Shown here one piece after another: positions 36,142-46,575 of a stretch of 64,000 nt of DNA. Origin of the DNA: a virus. The stretch spans positions 1 through 64,000 of IMG/VR virus record IMGVR_UViG_3300045988_160394; one strand, written 5' to 3'. Under the pieces are notes generated by a model, which was not told the origin of the DNA, did not search any database, and saw only the letters and a program-made list of their open reading frames with translations. Both the position numbers and the translations under genes were made by a program. Numbering within the stretch: position 1 is the stretch's first letter; every line of letters begins with the position of its first letter.

Positions 36142-36774
36142 ATGAAAAAAGACAATTTTGAAATTAAGATTGAGGGATTGAAATACGGTAGTTATAGTAA
36201 AGAATTAAATGATATAGATTACCGTACAGCAGTAAAAATTTATTGTGAAACGCAGCAAAAGTTTAAAGGGATTGATTGTGATGTAATACTCTATAGAGTA
36301 TCTATAGATAGTGAAACTGGTAAAAAGACTAGGAAGTTGGAATATAAGAATCATATAGGTCAAAACACTATTATAGATAATAAGTTGAGACAAGTATTAA
36401 AAATATTTAAAGAAATAGAGGATATAAAACAGTTTCATAGAGAAACATCTTATACTGGAACAAATGAGTTTAATGATGTTAGGCATGTTATAGAATTAGG
36501 GCATACTAATGACTTATCTCCAGAAGAATGTAAAAAGATTTTTAATAGTATTAGGGATAAGGCTTTAGTAAGAAGACATTCTAAATCTGAATATGAATTA
36601 ATAAAAGAAATAAATGATGAATTTGGTCATATTCAAATAAAAACAAAGAATGTATTAGATAAATGTAGAAAAATAAGACACAATTCTAAGACAGCTAAAG
36701 CTATTAACAATGCAGCTGTAGCTGATGAAAAGTATAAAAATACATTACAATTATTATTGAAAGAATACATATAG
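36142..36774 (+). CDS. hypothetical protein (210 aa)
   Basis: TAGGGGGAAG RBS; no motif. Confidence 0.55.
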   Translation: MKKDNFEIKIEGLKYGSYSKELNDIDYRTAVKIYCETQQKFKGIDCDVILYRVSIDSETGKKTRKLEYKNHIGQNTIIDNKLRQVLKIFKEIEDIKQFHRETSYTGTNEFNDVRHVIELGHTNDLSPEECKKIFNSIRDKALVRRHSKSEYELIKEINDEFGHIQIKTKNVLDKCRKIRHNSKTAKAINNAAVADEKYKNTLQLLLKEYI

Positions 36775-36789
36775 CAAGGAGAGATTGAT

Positions 36790-38229
36790 ATGGAATTATT
36801 ATTAAAAGAAGAATTAGATGAAGTTATAGAAGAAGTAGAACAAAAAGAATTTATAGAAAAGAAATATGATTTTCCTTATAAGCAATATGTTGCTGTTATG
36901 AGAGATAGAGGAAGAAGTGCCAATTATGTAGTATGTTTAGGATGTGGCGAGAAAAAACGTTCAGAAGGATATTTTTCAGATTACAATTTAAAAGGATTAC
37001 CTGATTGTGATTGTGCTAGAAGCAATACTTTGTTCTGTTCTTTTGTTAACTATGACCAACAAGTAGCTAGTGCTATTCATGTTTCGAAAGTTAAATACAA
37101 TAAAAAATACTTTGAAACCACTATTCAAAATATACGATTTACTTTTGATTATAATGAAAAAATAATGTTTTATGAAAAAACTTCTGAAAGAGTTGTTTCA
37201 GAAGTTACTGTTAAATTTGAAATATTAGAATATAGAGCTAAACAAAACAAAATGGGTGGTTTTATAGAAACTAAAAATTATAATTCAGATGGAACATTTT
37301 ATACTGATAGATATACTTTAACTAAAAATAATTTTAATGAAGCATTCAATTATTATTATAATAATGATTTGGTAGATTTTAAAGAAAACATTATTAAATT
37401 AGGGTTAGCTCCATATAGAAAAACATCTGCCATGGTTAGTGATAATTTATGGTTAATATATACAAACTATAGAAGATTTAATTTTTTAATAGAAAATAAT
37501 ATTGGAGTATTAGAAGCTGATAATTTAGAAGAAAAAGCTAGGAATATAGAATTTATAAAAAATAAACCATTTTATTTTAAAATAGTTTCTGAAAAAATAG
37601 AAAAAAGAAGAAAAGATATATTAGAAGAAGAATTTGATTCACTTGGATATGATGGATATCATGTATATATGAGTTGGATACTTAATGAATATCCAACTGA
37701 AGATCCAAGATATTATGAAGTTTATAAATTAATATGTGAAATTGAAGATGATGATAAATACTATTTTGGATATCAAAAAAAAGATTTAGCTTTATTATTT
37801 GTAAAATGTGGCTATACAGATGAAGAAATAGATGCATATATTGAAGCATGTTTAAGGCAGTCATATAAAATACAAAATACTCATCTTAAAGATACTAAAA
37901 AAGTATTAGATATAGCAAATATTCCAATTGTAAAAATACCTAAAGAAATGCATGTGTTTTATAACAAAATGGATTTCCTTGAGAGGTTTGCTGGTAGAGG
38001 CGATCAATATAAAGAAATAATTAAAAAAGCTTTTAATATGAAAAATGGACAAGATATATTAGATAAATTTATATATTTAATTCATAAAAAAGGATGTGCT
38101 CCTAGAATTACTAAAAGGAATAAAGTATTGATTTTTCAGAATTATGATTTTGTTACTTACTATAATAAAGAATTAAAAGAGATATCAGTAGAAGAAGCAA
38201 AAAAATTAGCTGGAAAGGAGTTAAAATAA
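36790..38229 (+). CDS. hypothetical protein (479 aa) with N-terminal Cys cluster
   Basis: AAGGAGAG RBS; CLGCGEKK...CDC; abuts the PcfJ-like gene. Confidence 0.6.
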   Translation: MELLLKEELDEVIEEVEQKEFIEKKYDFPYKQYVAVMRDRGRSANYVVCLGCGEKKRSEGYFSDYNLKGLPDCDCARSNTLFCSFVNYDQQVASAIHVSKVKYNKKYFETTIQNIRFTFDYNEKIMFYEKTSERVVSEVTVKFEILEYRAKQNKMGGFIETKNYNSDGTFYTDRYTLTKNNFNEAFNYYYNNDLVDFKENIIKLGLAPYRKTSAMVSDNLWLIYTNYRRFNFLIENNIGVLEADNLEEKARNIEFIKNKPFYFKIVSEKIEKRRKDILEEEFDSLGYDGYHVYMSWILNEYPTEDPRYYEVYKLICEIEDDDKYYFGYQKKDLALLFVKCGYTDEEIDAYIEACLRQSYKIQNTHLKDTKKVLDIANIPIVKIPKEMHVFYNKMDFLERFAGRGDQYKEIIKKAFNMKNGQDILDKFIYLIHKKGCAPRITKRNKVLIFQNYDFVTYYNKELKEISVEEAKKLAGKELK

Positions 38230-38230
38230 G

Positions 38231-39718
38231 ATGATTGAATCAAAAGATATAATAAATTCATTTAAAAATTATACTAATACAGCTATATCACATGCAATGC
38301 CAGGGTATAAATATAGATATGTCGAATGCACTTGTGGTTATAAATCACATGTAGATAAGAAAACTTATCTTTCTCATTGTCCAAATTGCGGATGTAAAGT
38401 TTATATAAAAGATGATATGTTTTTTGGAGAAGCAACTCATCAACATAACATATCAGAATCATTTCCATTAAATGATAAAGATTATTATAGATTCGGCATT
38501 CTTATCTCTTCAAAGAATATTAAATATAAAATAAATTTTTCAAAAAAAATATTAAAAGATTTTAGATGTGAAAATGATTCACTGTTAGTATTTTTCGATG
38601 GATATGAAAAAGAAGAAGATAAAATCATGAGATTTATTGATATGAATACTGAAAAAGAAATAACTAAAGAAGAGTTTTTATCATTATCATCTACTAAAGA
38701 AATAGTTAATCTTTGTTATAGAAATGAATCTAGATATAAAAGATTTGCAAATAATAGTTATAGTTATATGAGCATATATACTTTTATGAATATTCTTAAA
38801 TCAATGATGATTGATTTTATATCAAATCCATATTATGAAATATTAGTTAAGGCTGGTATAGACCCTTATGAAATTTCTTCAGGTTTTAATTTAACAGTTA
38901 ATAAAGAAGGTAAATCTCCTTCAGAAATATTAGGTATAAAGAAATATTCATTAAATAAACTTAAAAAATATAAAACTAAATATATACCAATTAGAGAGGT
39001 TGAAGAACGATTAGGCTCAAAAATGGTTCAATATTATGATATATTTGTTGATGATTCTAATTGGAGTAGTGATGCTTTATGCTCAGATAATGTTGAAAAA
39101 ATTTCTTATATAATAAAAAATACTGGTATATCATTAAGCAAATTACATGAATATATAGATAGTTGCTATTCAAAACAATATATGTATCACTATGGCGAAT
39201 CATATATTTTAAATCTATATTATGATAGCTTAATAATGGCAGAGCAATTAGAGATACCTTTTGATAAGACTCCTAGATCTTTACAAAGATATCATGATGT
39301 TTTAACAAAAGAATGTAAACTTGTTGAAGATGAAATTAAATCAAGACAAATAGCAGAACAAATGGATAAATATAATTCTTTAGAATTAATTTCTGAAAAA
39401 GATGAAGACGGTAAATTTAAGAATAAATATTCTATAATATTACCTAGAAGTACTGGAGATGTTATCAACGAGGGAAAAACAATGCATCATTGTGTAGGAA
39501 GTTATGTTGATAGAATAATAAGAGGTCAATCTATTATACTGTTCTTAAGAAAATCTGATGATATTAATGGAAGAAGTATAGCTACATTTGAAGTTAATCC
39601 TAAGAATAAAAGAATAGTTCAAATACAAGCTTCTTATAACCAAAGACCTGAACAATCAGCTATTGATTTTATAAAGAAATGGTGTAAAAAACACGAAATA
39701 GATTGCAGCAGATATTAA
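38231..39718 (+). CDS. PcfJ-like protein
   Basis: C-terminal GKTMHHCVGSYVDRIIRGQSIILFLRK....SIATFEV...IVQIQASYN is the PcfJ domain signature; N-terminal CTCG..HCPNCGC zinc ribbon. Confidence 0.65.
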   Translation: MIESKDIINSFKNYTNTAISHAMPGYKYRYVECTCGYKSHVDKKTYLSHCPNCGCKVYIKDDMFFGEATHQHNISESFPLNDKDYYRFGILISSKNIKYKINFSKKILKDFRCENDSLLVFFDGYEKEEDKIMRFIDMNTEKEITKEEFLSLSSTKEIVNLCYRNESRYKRFANNSYSYMSIYTFMNILKSMMIDFISNPYYEILVKAGIDPYEISSGFNLTVNKEGKSPSEILGIKKYSLNKLKKYKTKYIPIREVEERLGSKMVQYYDIFVDDSNWSSDALCSDNVEKISYIIKNTGISLSKLHEYIDSCYSKQYMYHYGESYILNLYYDSLIMAEQLEIPFDKTPRSLQRYHDVLTKECKLVEDEIKSRQIAEQMDKYNSLELISEKDEDGKFKNKYSIILPRSTGDVINEGKTMHHCVGSYVDRIIRGQSIILFLRKSDDINGRSIATFEVNPKNKRIVQIQASYNQRPEQSAIDFIKKWCKKHEIDCSRY

Positions 39719-39737
39719 AATTAGGAGGAATAAAACA

Positions 39738-40703
39738 ATGATAAAAGAAAGAATTAGAATATTTACTCATACAGATTTAGATGGAGTAGGGAGTGTAGTG
39801 CTAATGAATGCACTCTCTACTAAAACAGAATGTATTAATTATACATCTCATAATTATCAAAATATAGATAAATCTATTATAGATTTTTATGAATCCGATG
39901 AGTATTTAGAATATGATAAAGTTTATATAACAGATATTAGCGTAAGAGAAGAAAAAGCTATTAAAGCTATAATAGAGATGAGAAAATCAATAGAAGTGTT
40001 ATTATTTGATCATCATGAAACAGCTGAAGAATTGAATAAATATGATTGGGCTACTGTTATCCCTAATAATACTCAAGAAAAAGATACATGTGGTACAGAA
40101 CTATTTTATAGATATTTATTAGAACTTTATAAAAATGATGATTATATATCAGGGATATTAAATAACATGGCTACTATAAAATATGTAGAATTAACTAGAT
40201 CTTATGATACATGGGATTGGGCCGCAACTAATAATGAAGAAGCTAATGATTTAAATAAATTATTTAGCATAAATAAAAAATATGAATTTATAGATGAGAT
40301 GTCATCAATTATAAAGTATAATAAAGATATATTTTCAGTTGAAAGTGAAAGCATGTTAAAAGCTTATGAAAATATATATCAAAAATATGCTTATAGAAAA
40401 CTAAAAGAAGTTAAACATTGTCATATAAATGGAGAAGTAGCAGGAGTAGTTTTTGCAGAAGATTATCAATCTGCATTAGCTCATGATATGTTAGATAAAA
40501 TTCAAATAATAGACGTAGCTGTTTTAGTTAATCCATCTACAGGACAAGTATCTTTTAGATCAAGAGAAGGCGGCCCAAATGTAAGAGTAATAGCAGAAGA
40601 AAGAAATGGTGGAGGACATACTAATGCTTCTGGTTGCTATTTAGGAGACAAATTTGTTGAAAAATTAGAATTATTATTATGTGAAGAATTAGGATGTGAA
40701 TAA
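39738..40703 (+). CDS. DHH/DHHA1 family phosphoesterase (NrnA/RecJ-like)
   Basis: Motif I THTDLDGVGS, motif II YITDIS, motif III LFDHHET, DHHA1 GGGHTNASG. Confidence 0.8.
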   Translation: MIKERIRIFTHTDLDGVGSVVLMNALSTKTECINYTSHNYQNIDKSIIDFYESDEYLEYDKVYITDISVREEKAIKAIIEMRKSIEVLLFDHHETAEELNKYDWATVIPNNTQEKDTCGTELFYRYLLELYKNDDYISGILNNMATIKYVELTRSYDTWDWAATNNEEANDLNKLFSINKKYEFIDEMSSIIKYNKDIFSVESESMLKAYENIYQKYAYRKLKEVKHCHINGEVAGVVFAEDYQSALAHDMLDKIQIIDVAVLVNPSTGQVSFRSREGGPNVRVIAEERNGGGHTNASGCYLGDKFVEKLELLLCEELGCE

Positions 40704-41097
40704 ATTGAGTTTATTTAAAAGAATCGTAAAAAGATTTGAGAATAAAACAAAAGAATCAGAAAGATTTATTAGCAAAAGTAAAATAATAGCAAGAAATGAA
40801 GCTATAGAGAAATATTATGAATTAGAAAAAACTAATAGTTTAAAAAGTTGTTTAGCTTGTAAAAATAGAGCATCAACTATTGATTATGATTTTGGATTAA
40901 TGCATTATTGCGAACTTAAAAGCCCTTTTTACTCATCTGATAAAGGAATAGATTGTTCAAAACAATGTAGATATTTTAATCAAAGAGATATTCTTGCATT
41001 AGGAAAAGAATATCTAGAAGAAGATAAGAAATTTTTAGAAGAAAAACAATCACAAGAGGAGTTAATAGATCCTCCTCTTGAACATCACACTTATTAG
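40696..41097 (+). CDS. Cys-rich hypothetical protein
   Basis: Start uncertain (GTG 40696 or TTG 40705); CLACKN...YCE...CSKQC. Confidence 0.5.
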   Translation: MNKLSLFKRIVKRFENKTKESERFISKSKIIARNEAIEKYYELEKTNSLKSCLACKNRASTIDYDFGLMHYCELKSPFYSSDKGIDCSKQCRYFNQRDILALGKEYLEEDKKFLEEKQSQEELIDPPLEHHTY

Positions 41098-41106
41098 AGG
41101 TGTTAT

Positions 41107-41205
41107 ATGAAATATGTTAATTATATTTTAAACATAATAGTTATTTTTTTACTTATACTTATATTTGATAGGTTAGAATTTATTACTGAGGTGATTGTAA
41201 AATGA
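41107..41205 (+). CDS. possible small membrane protein (32 aa)
   Basis: Hydrophobic micro-ORF with an ATGA overlap onto the ligA start; ends TGA. Confidence 0.3.
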   Translation: MKYVNYILNIIVIFLLILIFDRLEFITEVIVK

Positions 41206-43238
41206 GTTTAGGAAAAGAAGCTCTAAGAGGCATATTAAAAGCATATGAAGAAGCTTATTATTCTGGTGAAAGTGTTGTATCAGATGAAGAATATGATGGA
41301 TTAAAAGACTTGTACGTAGAAATGTATGGGGAATACGACTTTGTTCCAGGAGAAGGAAATACAGAGTTTGAAAAAGTAAAGCATTTATATCCATTAAAAT
41401 CTTTAGAAAAAGTTCAATTAAATGATCCAGATTTAAAAGAGAAAGTTAGAAAAATGTTACCATTAGTTATTCAACCTAAATTTGATGGATTATCAATAGA
41501 AATAACTAAGGTTAATGGTAAACTTAAATTTGTTACTAGAGGTAACGGAGAAGAAGGAGACGATGTAACTGCTCAATGTATGCAAATAGAAGGAATAGAA
41601 GAGCTATTAAATTTATTTGACAATGAAGAACAATCATTTAGAGCAGAAATTTTAATGTTTCATTCCGATTTTGAAAAGCTAAATAAACAAAGAGCTGAAG
41701 ACGGTTTAGAATTATTTAAGAACTGTAGAAATGCTGCTGCTGGAATGCTTAGAAATACAAACGATTTATCTAAGATAAATGGATTAACAATAATGTTATA
41801 TGAAGATTTATCTTCAATAGATACTCAAACAAATGTAATATGTTATATGCAAAATAAATTAAAAAACCCTGAATCAAATATATTAATATCTCCAACATTT
41901 TTATATATAGATGATGAAGAATATTTAGAAAAAGCTATTAAAAAACTACATTCATTAGAAGAGTTTAGAACAGAAATCGATTATGATATAGATGGATGGG
42001 TTATTAAATCTAATAAGTATAACAGTTTAGAATTGTTTGGAGGATATACAGGGCATCATCCTAAAAACGCTTTTGCTGTTAAAGGAGAAGCTAAAGGAGA
42101 ATGGACTAAAATAAAATCTATTACATGGCAAGTAGGTAAAGAAAATATAACTCCTGTAGCAGAATTAGAACCAGTTGAAATAACAGGATCAACTATAGAA
42201 AGAGCTACACTTCATAATGTATCTTTCTTAAAAGCTATTGGATTAACATCTTTAGAGTACAAAGATAAATATGGAACACAACCTTTAACAATGGTTAGAG
42301 TAGTAAAAGCTAATGATGTTATACCTAGAATAATAGAAGTAAAAAATCCTGAAAATGAAGACAATGCTCATAGTTATTCTAATATAATTCATCCACCAAG
42401 TAAATGTCCAGTATGTGGAGCACCTACAGCTATTAAAGATACTGAATCAGATAGTGAAATACTTATATGTACAGGGAATAATTGTCCTGCTAAAATGCAA
42501 AGAAAAATGGAGCTTATGTCTTCAAGAGAAGCTTTTAATATAACAGGACTATCAGAAGGAACTATAGCTAAAATAATAGATACATTTGATTTAGAAAGCT
42601 ATAGAGATGTATTATTAATGAATAAAGAAGATATTTTAAAATTGGATGGTTTTGCTGAAAAATCAGCTGATAAATTAGAAAAGGCAATTTATAAAGCTAG
42701 AGAAACTCAACCAATAGATAAAGTATTGTATGCTTCATGTATTCCGTTAATAGGAAGAGATGCTTGTAAGAAAATATTTGAATATTATACTATAAAAGAG
42801 TTTGAAGAAATATTAGAGAAAGATGAAGAAGATGCATTAAAAGATTTAACAGCTATACCTACAATAGGAGAAAAAATGGCTAAATCTTTATATGATAATA
42901 AGATAGAATATTATTATACTTCAGAATATATTTATCGTATGACAGATATAAAGAAAGAAGATAAAAAAGAAGTAAAGAATCAAAAAACTTTTTGTATCAC
43001 AGGACAAAGAGAGCCATTTAAGACTATAATAGAAGAAGCTGGTCATAAAGTAACAGGTTCTGTTTCTAAGAAAACAGATGCTTTAGTATGCTATATACCA
43101 GACGAAGAAGACACTCCTGATAGAAAGAAATCATCTAAAGAAAAGAATGCAGAAAAATTAGGAATAAAGATACTAAGAACTGAACCAGCTTTAAGAAACT
43201 ATATCAATGGTATAGATTGTGGTTTTATGTTTAAATAA
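41202..43238 (+). CDS. ligA: NAD+-dependent DNA ligase
   Basis: Domain Ia (YY.GESVVSDEEYD.L), adenylation motif KFDG (K93, nt 41478-41480), OB fold, Cys4 zinc finger CPVCG...CTGNNCPA, HhH region, C-terminal BRCT (KTFCITGQ). Confidence 0.95.
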   Translation: MSLGKEALRGILKAYEEAYYSGESVVSDEEYDGLKDLYVEMYGEYDFVPGEGNTEFEKVKHLYPLKSLEKVQLNDPDLKEKVRKMLPLVIQPKFDGLSIEITKVNGKLKFVTRGNGEEGDDVTAQCMQIEGIEELLNLFDNEEQSFRAEILMFHSDFEKLNKQRAEDGLELFKNCRNAAAGMLRNTNDLSKINGLTIMLYEDLSSIDTQTNVICYMQNKLKNPESNILISPTFLYIDDEEYLEKAIKKLHSLEEFRTEIDYDIDGWVIKSNKYNSLELFGGYTGHHPKNAFAVKGEAKGEWTKIKSITWQVGKENITPVAELEPVEITGSTIERATLHNVSFLKAIGLTSLEYKDKYGTQPLTMVRVVKANDVIPRIIEVKNPENEDNAHSYSNIIHPPSKCPVCGAPTAIKDTESDSEILICTGNNCPAKMQRKMELMSSREAFNITGLSEGTIAKIIDTFDLESYRDVLLMNKEDILKLDGFAEKSADKLEKAIYKARETQPIDKVLYASCIPLIGRDACKKIFEYYTIKEFEEILEKDEEDALKDLTAIPTIGEKMAKSLYDNKIEYYYTSEYIYRMTDIKKEDKKEVKNQKTFCITGQREPFKTIIEEAGHKVTGSVSKKTDALVCYIPDEEDTPDRKKSSKEKNAEKLGIKILRTEPALRNYINGIDCGFMFK

Positions 43239-43264
43239 GAGGGGTTATCCCTCTTATTCTTTTT
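43237..43264 (+). terminator. Rho-independent terminator
   Basis: AAGAGGG / CCCTCTT stem, 5-nt loop, ATTCTTTTT tail. Confidence 0.7.
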
Positions 43265-43293
43265 ACATAATATATAGTAATGGGGGAGTAAAA

Positions 43294-43740
43294 ATGGCTT
43301 TAAAAGAAAAAGATATTGTAAATCATTTATGTGAAAATTGGGAAGCATATTTCCCTGAATTAAAAGGATGTAAAAAAGAATATTCTTTTAGAGATTCAAG
43401 AGTAGATATTTTATCTTCTATTCCTGTAGATTTGTATGAAGAAGGTATAAGAGAAGAAGATGATCCTTTTAGATATACAAATGCAGCTGTTTTTATAGAA
43501 GTGAAATTTAATTCTGAAATGAGAGACTTGCTATTTGAATTAAAAAAACATATAGATTTTAGAAATTGGTATATAGAATATGGAAAATCTTTATGCTATA
43601 TAGTTGTTATATCTGATAAGTTTGAACCTAATATGGTTAAATTTATGGAAGAGAATGATATAACAATGTTTAAATATACAATAGAAAACGAAGATTTAAA
43701 TACATTAAAAATTGAAGAATATGAAACTGTAAAAAGTTAA
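43294..43740 (+). CDS. hypothetical protein, possible PD-(D/E)xK nuclease fold
   Basis: ATG 43294 after GGGGGAG (ORF-track 43219 starts inside ligA and the terminator); RVDIL ... FIEVKF fits a D...ExK pattern. Weak evidence. Confidence 0.5.
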   Translation: MALKEKDIVNHLCENWEAYFPELKGCKKEYSFRDSRVDILSSIPVDLYEEGIREEDDPFRYTNAAVFIEVKFNSEMRDLLFELKKHIDFRNWYIEYGKSLCYIVVISDKFEPNMVKFMEENDITMFKYTIENEDLNTLKIEEYETVKS

Positions 43741-43758
43741 AGGGGAAGATTTGGACAT

Positions 43759-44178
43759 ATGTATATTAAAGATAAATATAGAAATAAAAAAAATATAACT
43801 CAAGTAAGAAGAGGAGATATAATATGGTTAGATAAGAAAACTATTTATAGAGTATTAGGAGAAAATGTACAAGACTTAAATAGACCTTATTTAGTAATAT
43901 CAAATGATACTAATAATAAAAATTCGCCTACAATAGGTATTGTTAGTATATCATCACAAACAAGAAAAGCTAAATATCCAATGCATGTATACTTATCTAA
44001 AGAGAAATATACTAATTTATCATATGATAGCATTGCATTGGTAGAACAAGTGAAAACAATTAATAAGGACTTCGTAGTAGAAGTTTCTGATAAATTAGAT
44101 CAAGAAGATATAAATGCTTTAAATAAAGCTATTTTTATTCAATACATAGACGAGACATTACAAACAAAAATTGTTTAG
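43759..44178 (+). CDS. MazF/PemK-family endoribonuclease toxin-like protein
   Basis: RRGDIIWLD...NRPYLVISND.NN....IGIVSISSQTRK..YPMHV.L......DSIALVEQVKTINK tracks the MazF/PemK consensus along its full length. Confidence 0.7.
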   Translation: MYIKDKYRNKKNITQVRRGDIIWLDKKTIYRVLGENVQDLNRPYLVISNDTNNKNSPTIGIVSISSQTRKAKYPMHVYLSKEKYTNLSYDSIALVEQVKTINKDFVVEVSDKLDQEDINALNKAIFIQYIDETLQTKIV

Positions 44179-44190
44179 GAGATGGAGTGT

Positions 44191-44382
44191 ATGAAAGCTA
44201 TATGTATTAATGATAGAAAATGTAGAAATTTATTAAGCTTGGGAGAAGAATATGATGTAGAACCATGTTCTTTTAATAAAAACTGCTTTTCTGTAAAATT
44301 AAAAAATAATACAAAGAAAGGAGTTACTGCTAAAAATCATATGAACTTTAAAAGAGATAGATTCGTAGTAGTAAAGAAATAA
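44191..44382 (+). CDS. hypothetical small protein
   Basis: ATG 44191 is 9 nt after AGGAG (ORF-track start 44182 abuts the RBS). Confidence 0.45.
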   Translation: MKAICINDRKCRNLLSLGEEYDVEPCSFNKNCFSVKLKNNTKKGVTAKNHMNFKRDRFVVVKK

Positions 44383-44384
44383 TT

Positions 44385-44747
44385 ATGTTTAAAGATTGGG
44401 ATAAAAAAGATTTAAAAATAGGACAAGAAGTATATATAGTAGATCAAGGATGGACTTCTAATTTAGATTTAGAAGTAGATACTTACATTGTTTCTGAAAT
44501 TAAAAAAACAGTTATGAAATGTAAAAAAGGTAATTTTGTATTATCTTTTAAAAAAGGTAAGGCTACTTGTTCTAAATATTTCGATAGTTATACTATGTAT
44601 GAAACAAAAGAAGAAGCTCAACAATCAATAGATAATTATTATAATAGAATTAATAATAAAAACTATATAAAAAATAATTTAGCATATTTAAGTGATGAGC
44701 AACTACAGAAAGTAGTTGATTTGATAAAAGAAAATATAAGTAAATAA
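44385..44747 (+). CDS. hypothetical protein (120 aa)
   Basis: ORF starts immediately after the upstream stop; weak RBS. Confidence 0.5.
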   Translation: MFKDWDKKDLKIGQEVYIVDQGWTSNLDLEVDTYIVSEIKKTVMKCKKGNFVLSFKKGKATCSKYFDSYTMYETKEEAQQSIDNYYNRINNKNYIKNNLAYLSDEQLQKVVDLIKENISK

Positions 44748-44766
44748 TACAAAAGGAGATTAAAAA

Positions 44767-45465
44767 ATGGAATCATTAAAAAGACAATTTAAAAATTGGA
44801 CGACGTTAGACTATGCATGGTTAGTCATAGCTAACGCAATAATACTAGGATTAAGTTTATATTGGCAAGATAGTGTTATATCTATAATATCTGCTATTAC
44901 AGGAGTTACATGTGTAATTTTTGTATCTAAAGGAATGATGGCAAACTATATTGTTGGTGCTATTAATGTAGCTTTATATGCATACTTAGCTTTTAAATCT
45001 AGAATATATGGAGACTTTATGTTAAATGCATTTTATTATTTTCCAATGCAATTCATAGGTTTATATATGTGGAGTAAAGCTAGAGATAAAGAAGAAGACC
45101 ATGAAATAAGATCTAAAGCTTTAGACCATAAACAAAGAATAATATTATTTTTAGTGAGTATAGCTGCTATATTAGTTTATGCTGAAATATTAAAGCTATT
45201 AGGAGGAAATGTTCCTATAATAGATTCTACATCAACTGTATTATCTGTAATTGCTATGATATTAATGGTTAAACAATACTTAGAACAATGGTACCTATGG
45301 GTTATAGTAAATGTAGTTTCTATAATAATGTGGGTAATTTCTCTTTCAGAAGGAAGTGGAGATGTAGCTACACTAATAATGTGGATATTATTCTTACTTA
45401 ATAGCTTATATGGTTTATGGAACTGGAAGAAAGAAAATAAAAAGCAAAACAGTAAGGATTGTTAA
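44767..45465 (+). CDS. pnuC: nicotinamide riboside/NMN transporter PnuC
   Basis: About 7 TM helices; W..LDYAWL..., YGDFMLNAFYYFPMQFIGLYMW, ...EQWYLWVIVNV..., C-terminal LYGLWNW, all typical of PnuC. Confidence 0.8.
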   Translation: MESLKRQFKNWTTLDYAWLVIANAIILGLSLYWQDSVISIISAITGVTCVIFVSKGMMANYIVGAINVALYAYLAFKSRIYGDFMLNAFYYFPMQFIGLYMWSKARDKEEDHEIRSKALDHKQRIILFLVSIAAILVYAEILKLLGGNVPIIDSTSTVLSVIAMILMVKQYLEQWYLWVIVNVVSIIMWVISLSEGSGDVATLIMWILFLLNSLYGLWNWKKENKKQNSKDC

Positions 45466-45467
45466 AA

Positions 45468-45728
45468 ATGCTTATAAATATTGAAGAATTAGATCAGTTA
45501 ATGCAAGAAGATACAACTGATTGGAAAAATGTAAAACCAGGCAGTAAAGTTATAGTAGTTAATAGATATCAAAGATATGCACTGAAAAGATATTTCCATT
45601 CTTATAATAAAGAAAATGAAGGTTTCCCTTTTACTGTAGCGTTAACAAAAGATGATAACTTTACTGGAATAAAAGCTATAATAGATGATACTAATTATTC
45701 TATATGTTTTTTATTAGAGGAGGAATAA
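45468..45728 (+). CDS. hypothetical protein
   Basis: ATG 45468 (ORF-track TTG at 45459); no motif. Confidence 0.5.
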   Translation: MLINIEELDQLMQEDTTDWKNVKPGSKVIVVNRYQRYALKRYFHSYNKENEGFPFTVALTKDDNFTGIKAIIDDTNYSICFLLEEE

Positions 45729-45731
45729 AAT

Positions 45732-45962
45732 ATGATGATAATAGATTTAAAATCAGCACATGTCTATCGTTCTATTAGTGAAGTATTTTATCAAAATCCT
45801 GAATTAGAAAAAAATAGACAAAAAGTTATAGATCAATTAAACAAAACAGATTATTATAAAGATAAAAATACTTTTTTATGTGATATAAATAAATATGAGC
45901 TTATAAAAAACGAATATGAAAGTTTTATAACAAAATTAAATGAAGTATTTAATTTAAAATAA
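45732..45962 (+). CDS. hypothetical protein (76 aa)
   Basis: GAGGAGGA RBS; no motif. Confidence 0.5.
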   Translation: MMIIDLKSAHVYRSISEVFYQNPELEKNRQKVIDQLNKTDYYKDKNTFLCDINKYELIKNEYESFITKLNEVFNLK

Positions 45963-45964
45963 AT

Positions 45965-45995
45965 AACAGCGGCTATATGTCGCTGTTTTATTTTT
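45965..45995 (+). terminator. Rho-independent terminator
   Basis: AACAGCG / CGCTGTT stem, 9-nt loop, TTATTTTT tail. Confidence 0.7.
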
Positions 45996-46008
45996 AAGAG
46001 GTGATAAA

Positions 46009-46344
46009 ATGAGTTTAGATGAAGCTATAGAACATTTAAAAGAAAAGTTAGATGAGAATGATTTTATATGTGAAGAATGCAAGAATGAACATAAACAATT
46101 ATTGAAATGGCTATTAGAATTAAAATCTTATAAGAAAAAAGAAGAAGAATACGGCTGTTATTATTTATGTTATTGGAAAAACGAATTTAATGATGATGAA
46201 TCTTTTAAAGATAAATTTATGACAACAACATTTATTGATACAGAAGAAGAATTAAAAAGTAAAATAAAAGAAATAGATGATCAGTTTCCATTATTAGAAG
46301 TTGATTTTTATGGAAGAATGATTGACTTTAAGGAGGATGTTTAA
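46009..46344 (+). CDS. hypothetical protein (111 aa)
   Basis: AAGAGGTG RBS; no motif. Confidence 0.5.
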   Translation: MSLDEAIEHLKEKLDENDFICEECKNEHKQLLKWLLELKSYKKKEEEYGCYYLCYWKNEFNDDESFKDKFMTTTFIDTEEELKSKIKEIDDQFPLLEVDFYGRMIDFKEDV

Positions 46345-46346
46345 TT

Positions 46347-46571
46347 ATGCCAAGAGAAAAAACTTTTTATTATTGCAATATTTGTGATGTATGTTATCAT
46401 GACAAAAATAAAGCTGAAGAATGCGAAAATTCACACTTTATAGTTAAAAACATTAAAAAAGTAAAATACAATCAAGACTATAAAGTAAGATATCCTGATT
46501 CAATACTTATTGAAATGGAAAACGGAAAAGGTGAAAAGAAAGAAATAAGATATTTTAGAAGAGGAGTTTAA
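46347..46571 (+). CDS. zinc-ribbon small protein
   Basis: AAGGAGGA RBS; CNICDVC ... CENSH. Confidence 0.5.
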   Translation: MPREKTFYYCNICDVCYHDKNKAEECENSHFIVKNIKKVKYNQDYKVRYPDSILIEMENGKGEKKEIRYFRRGV

Positions 46572-46575
46572 TATT

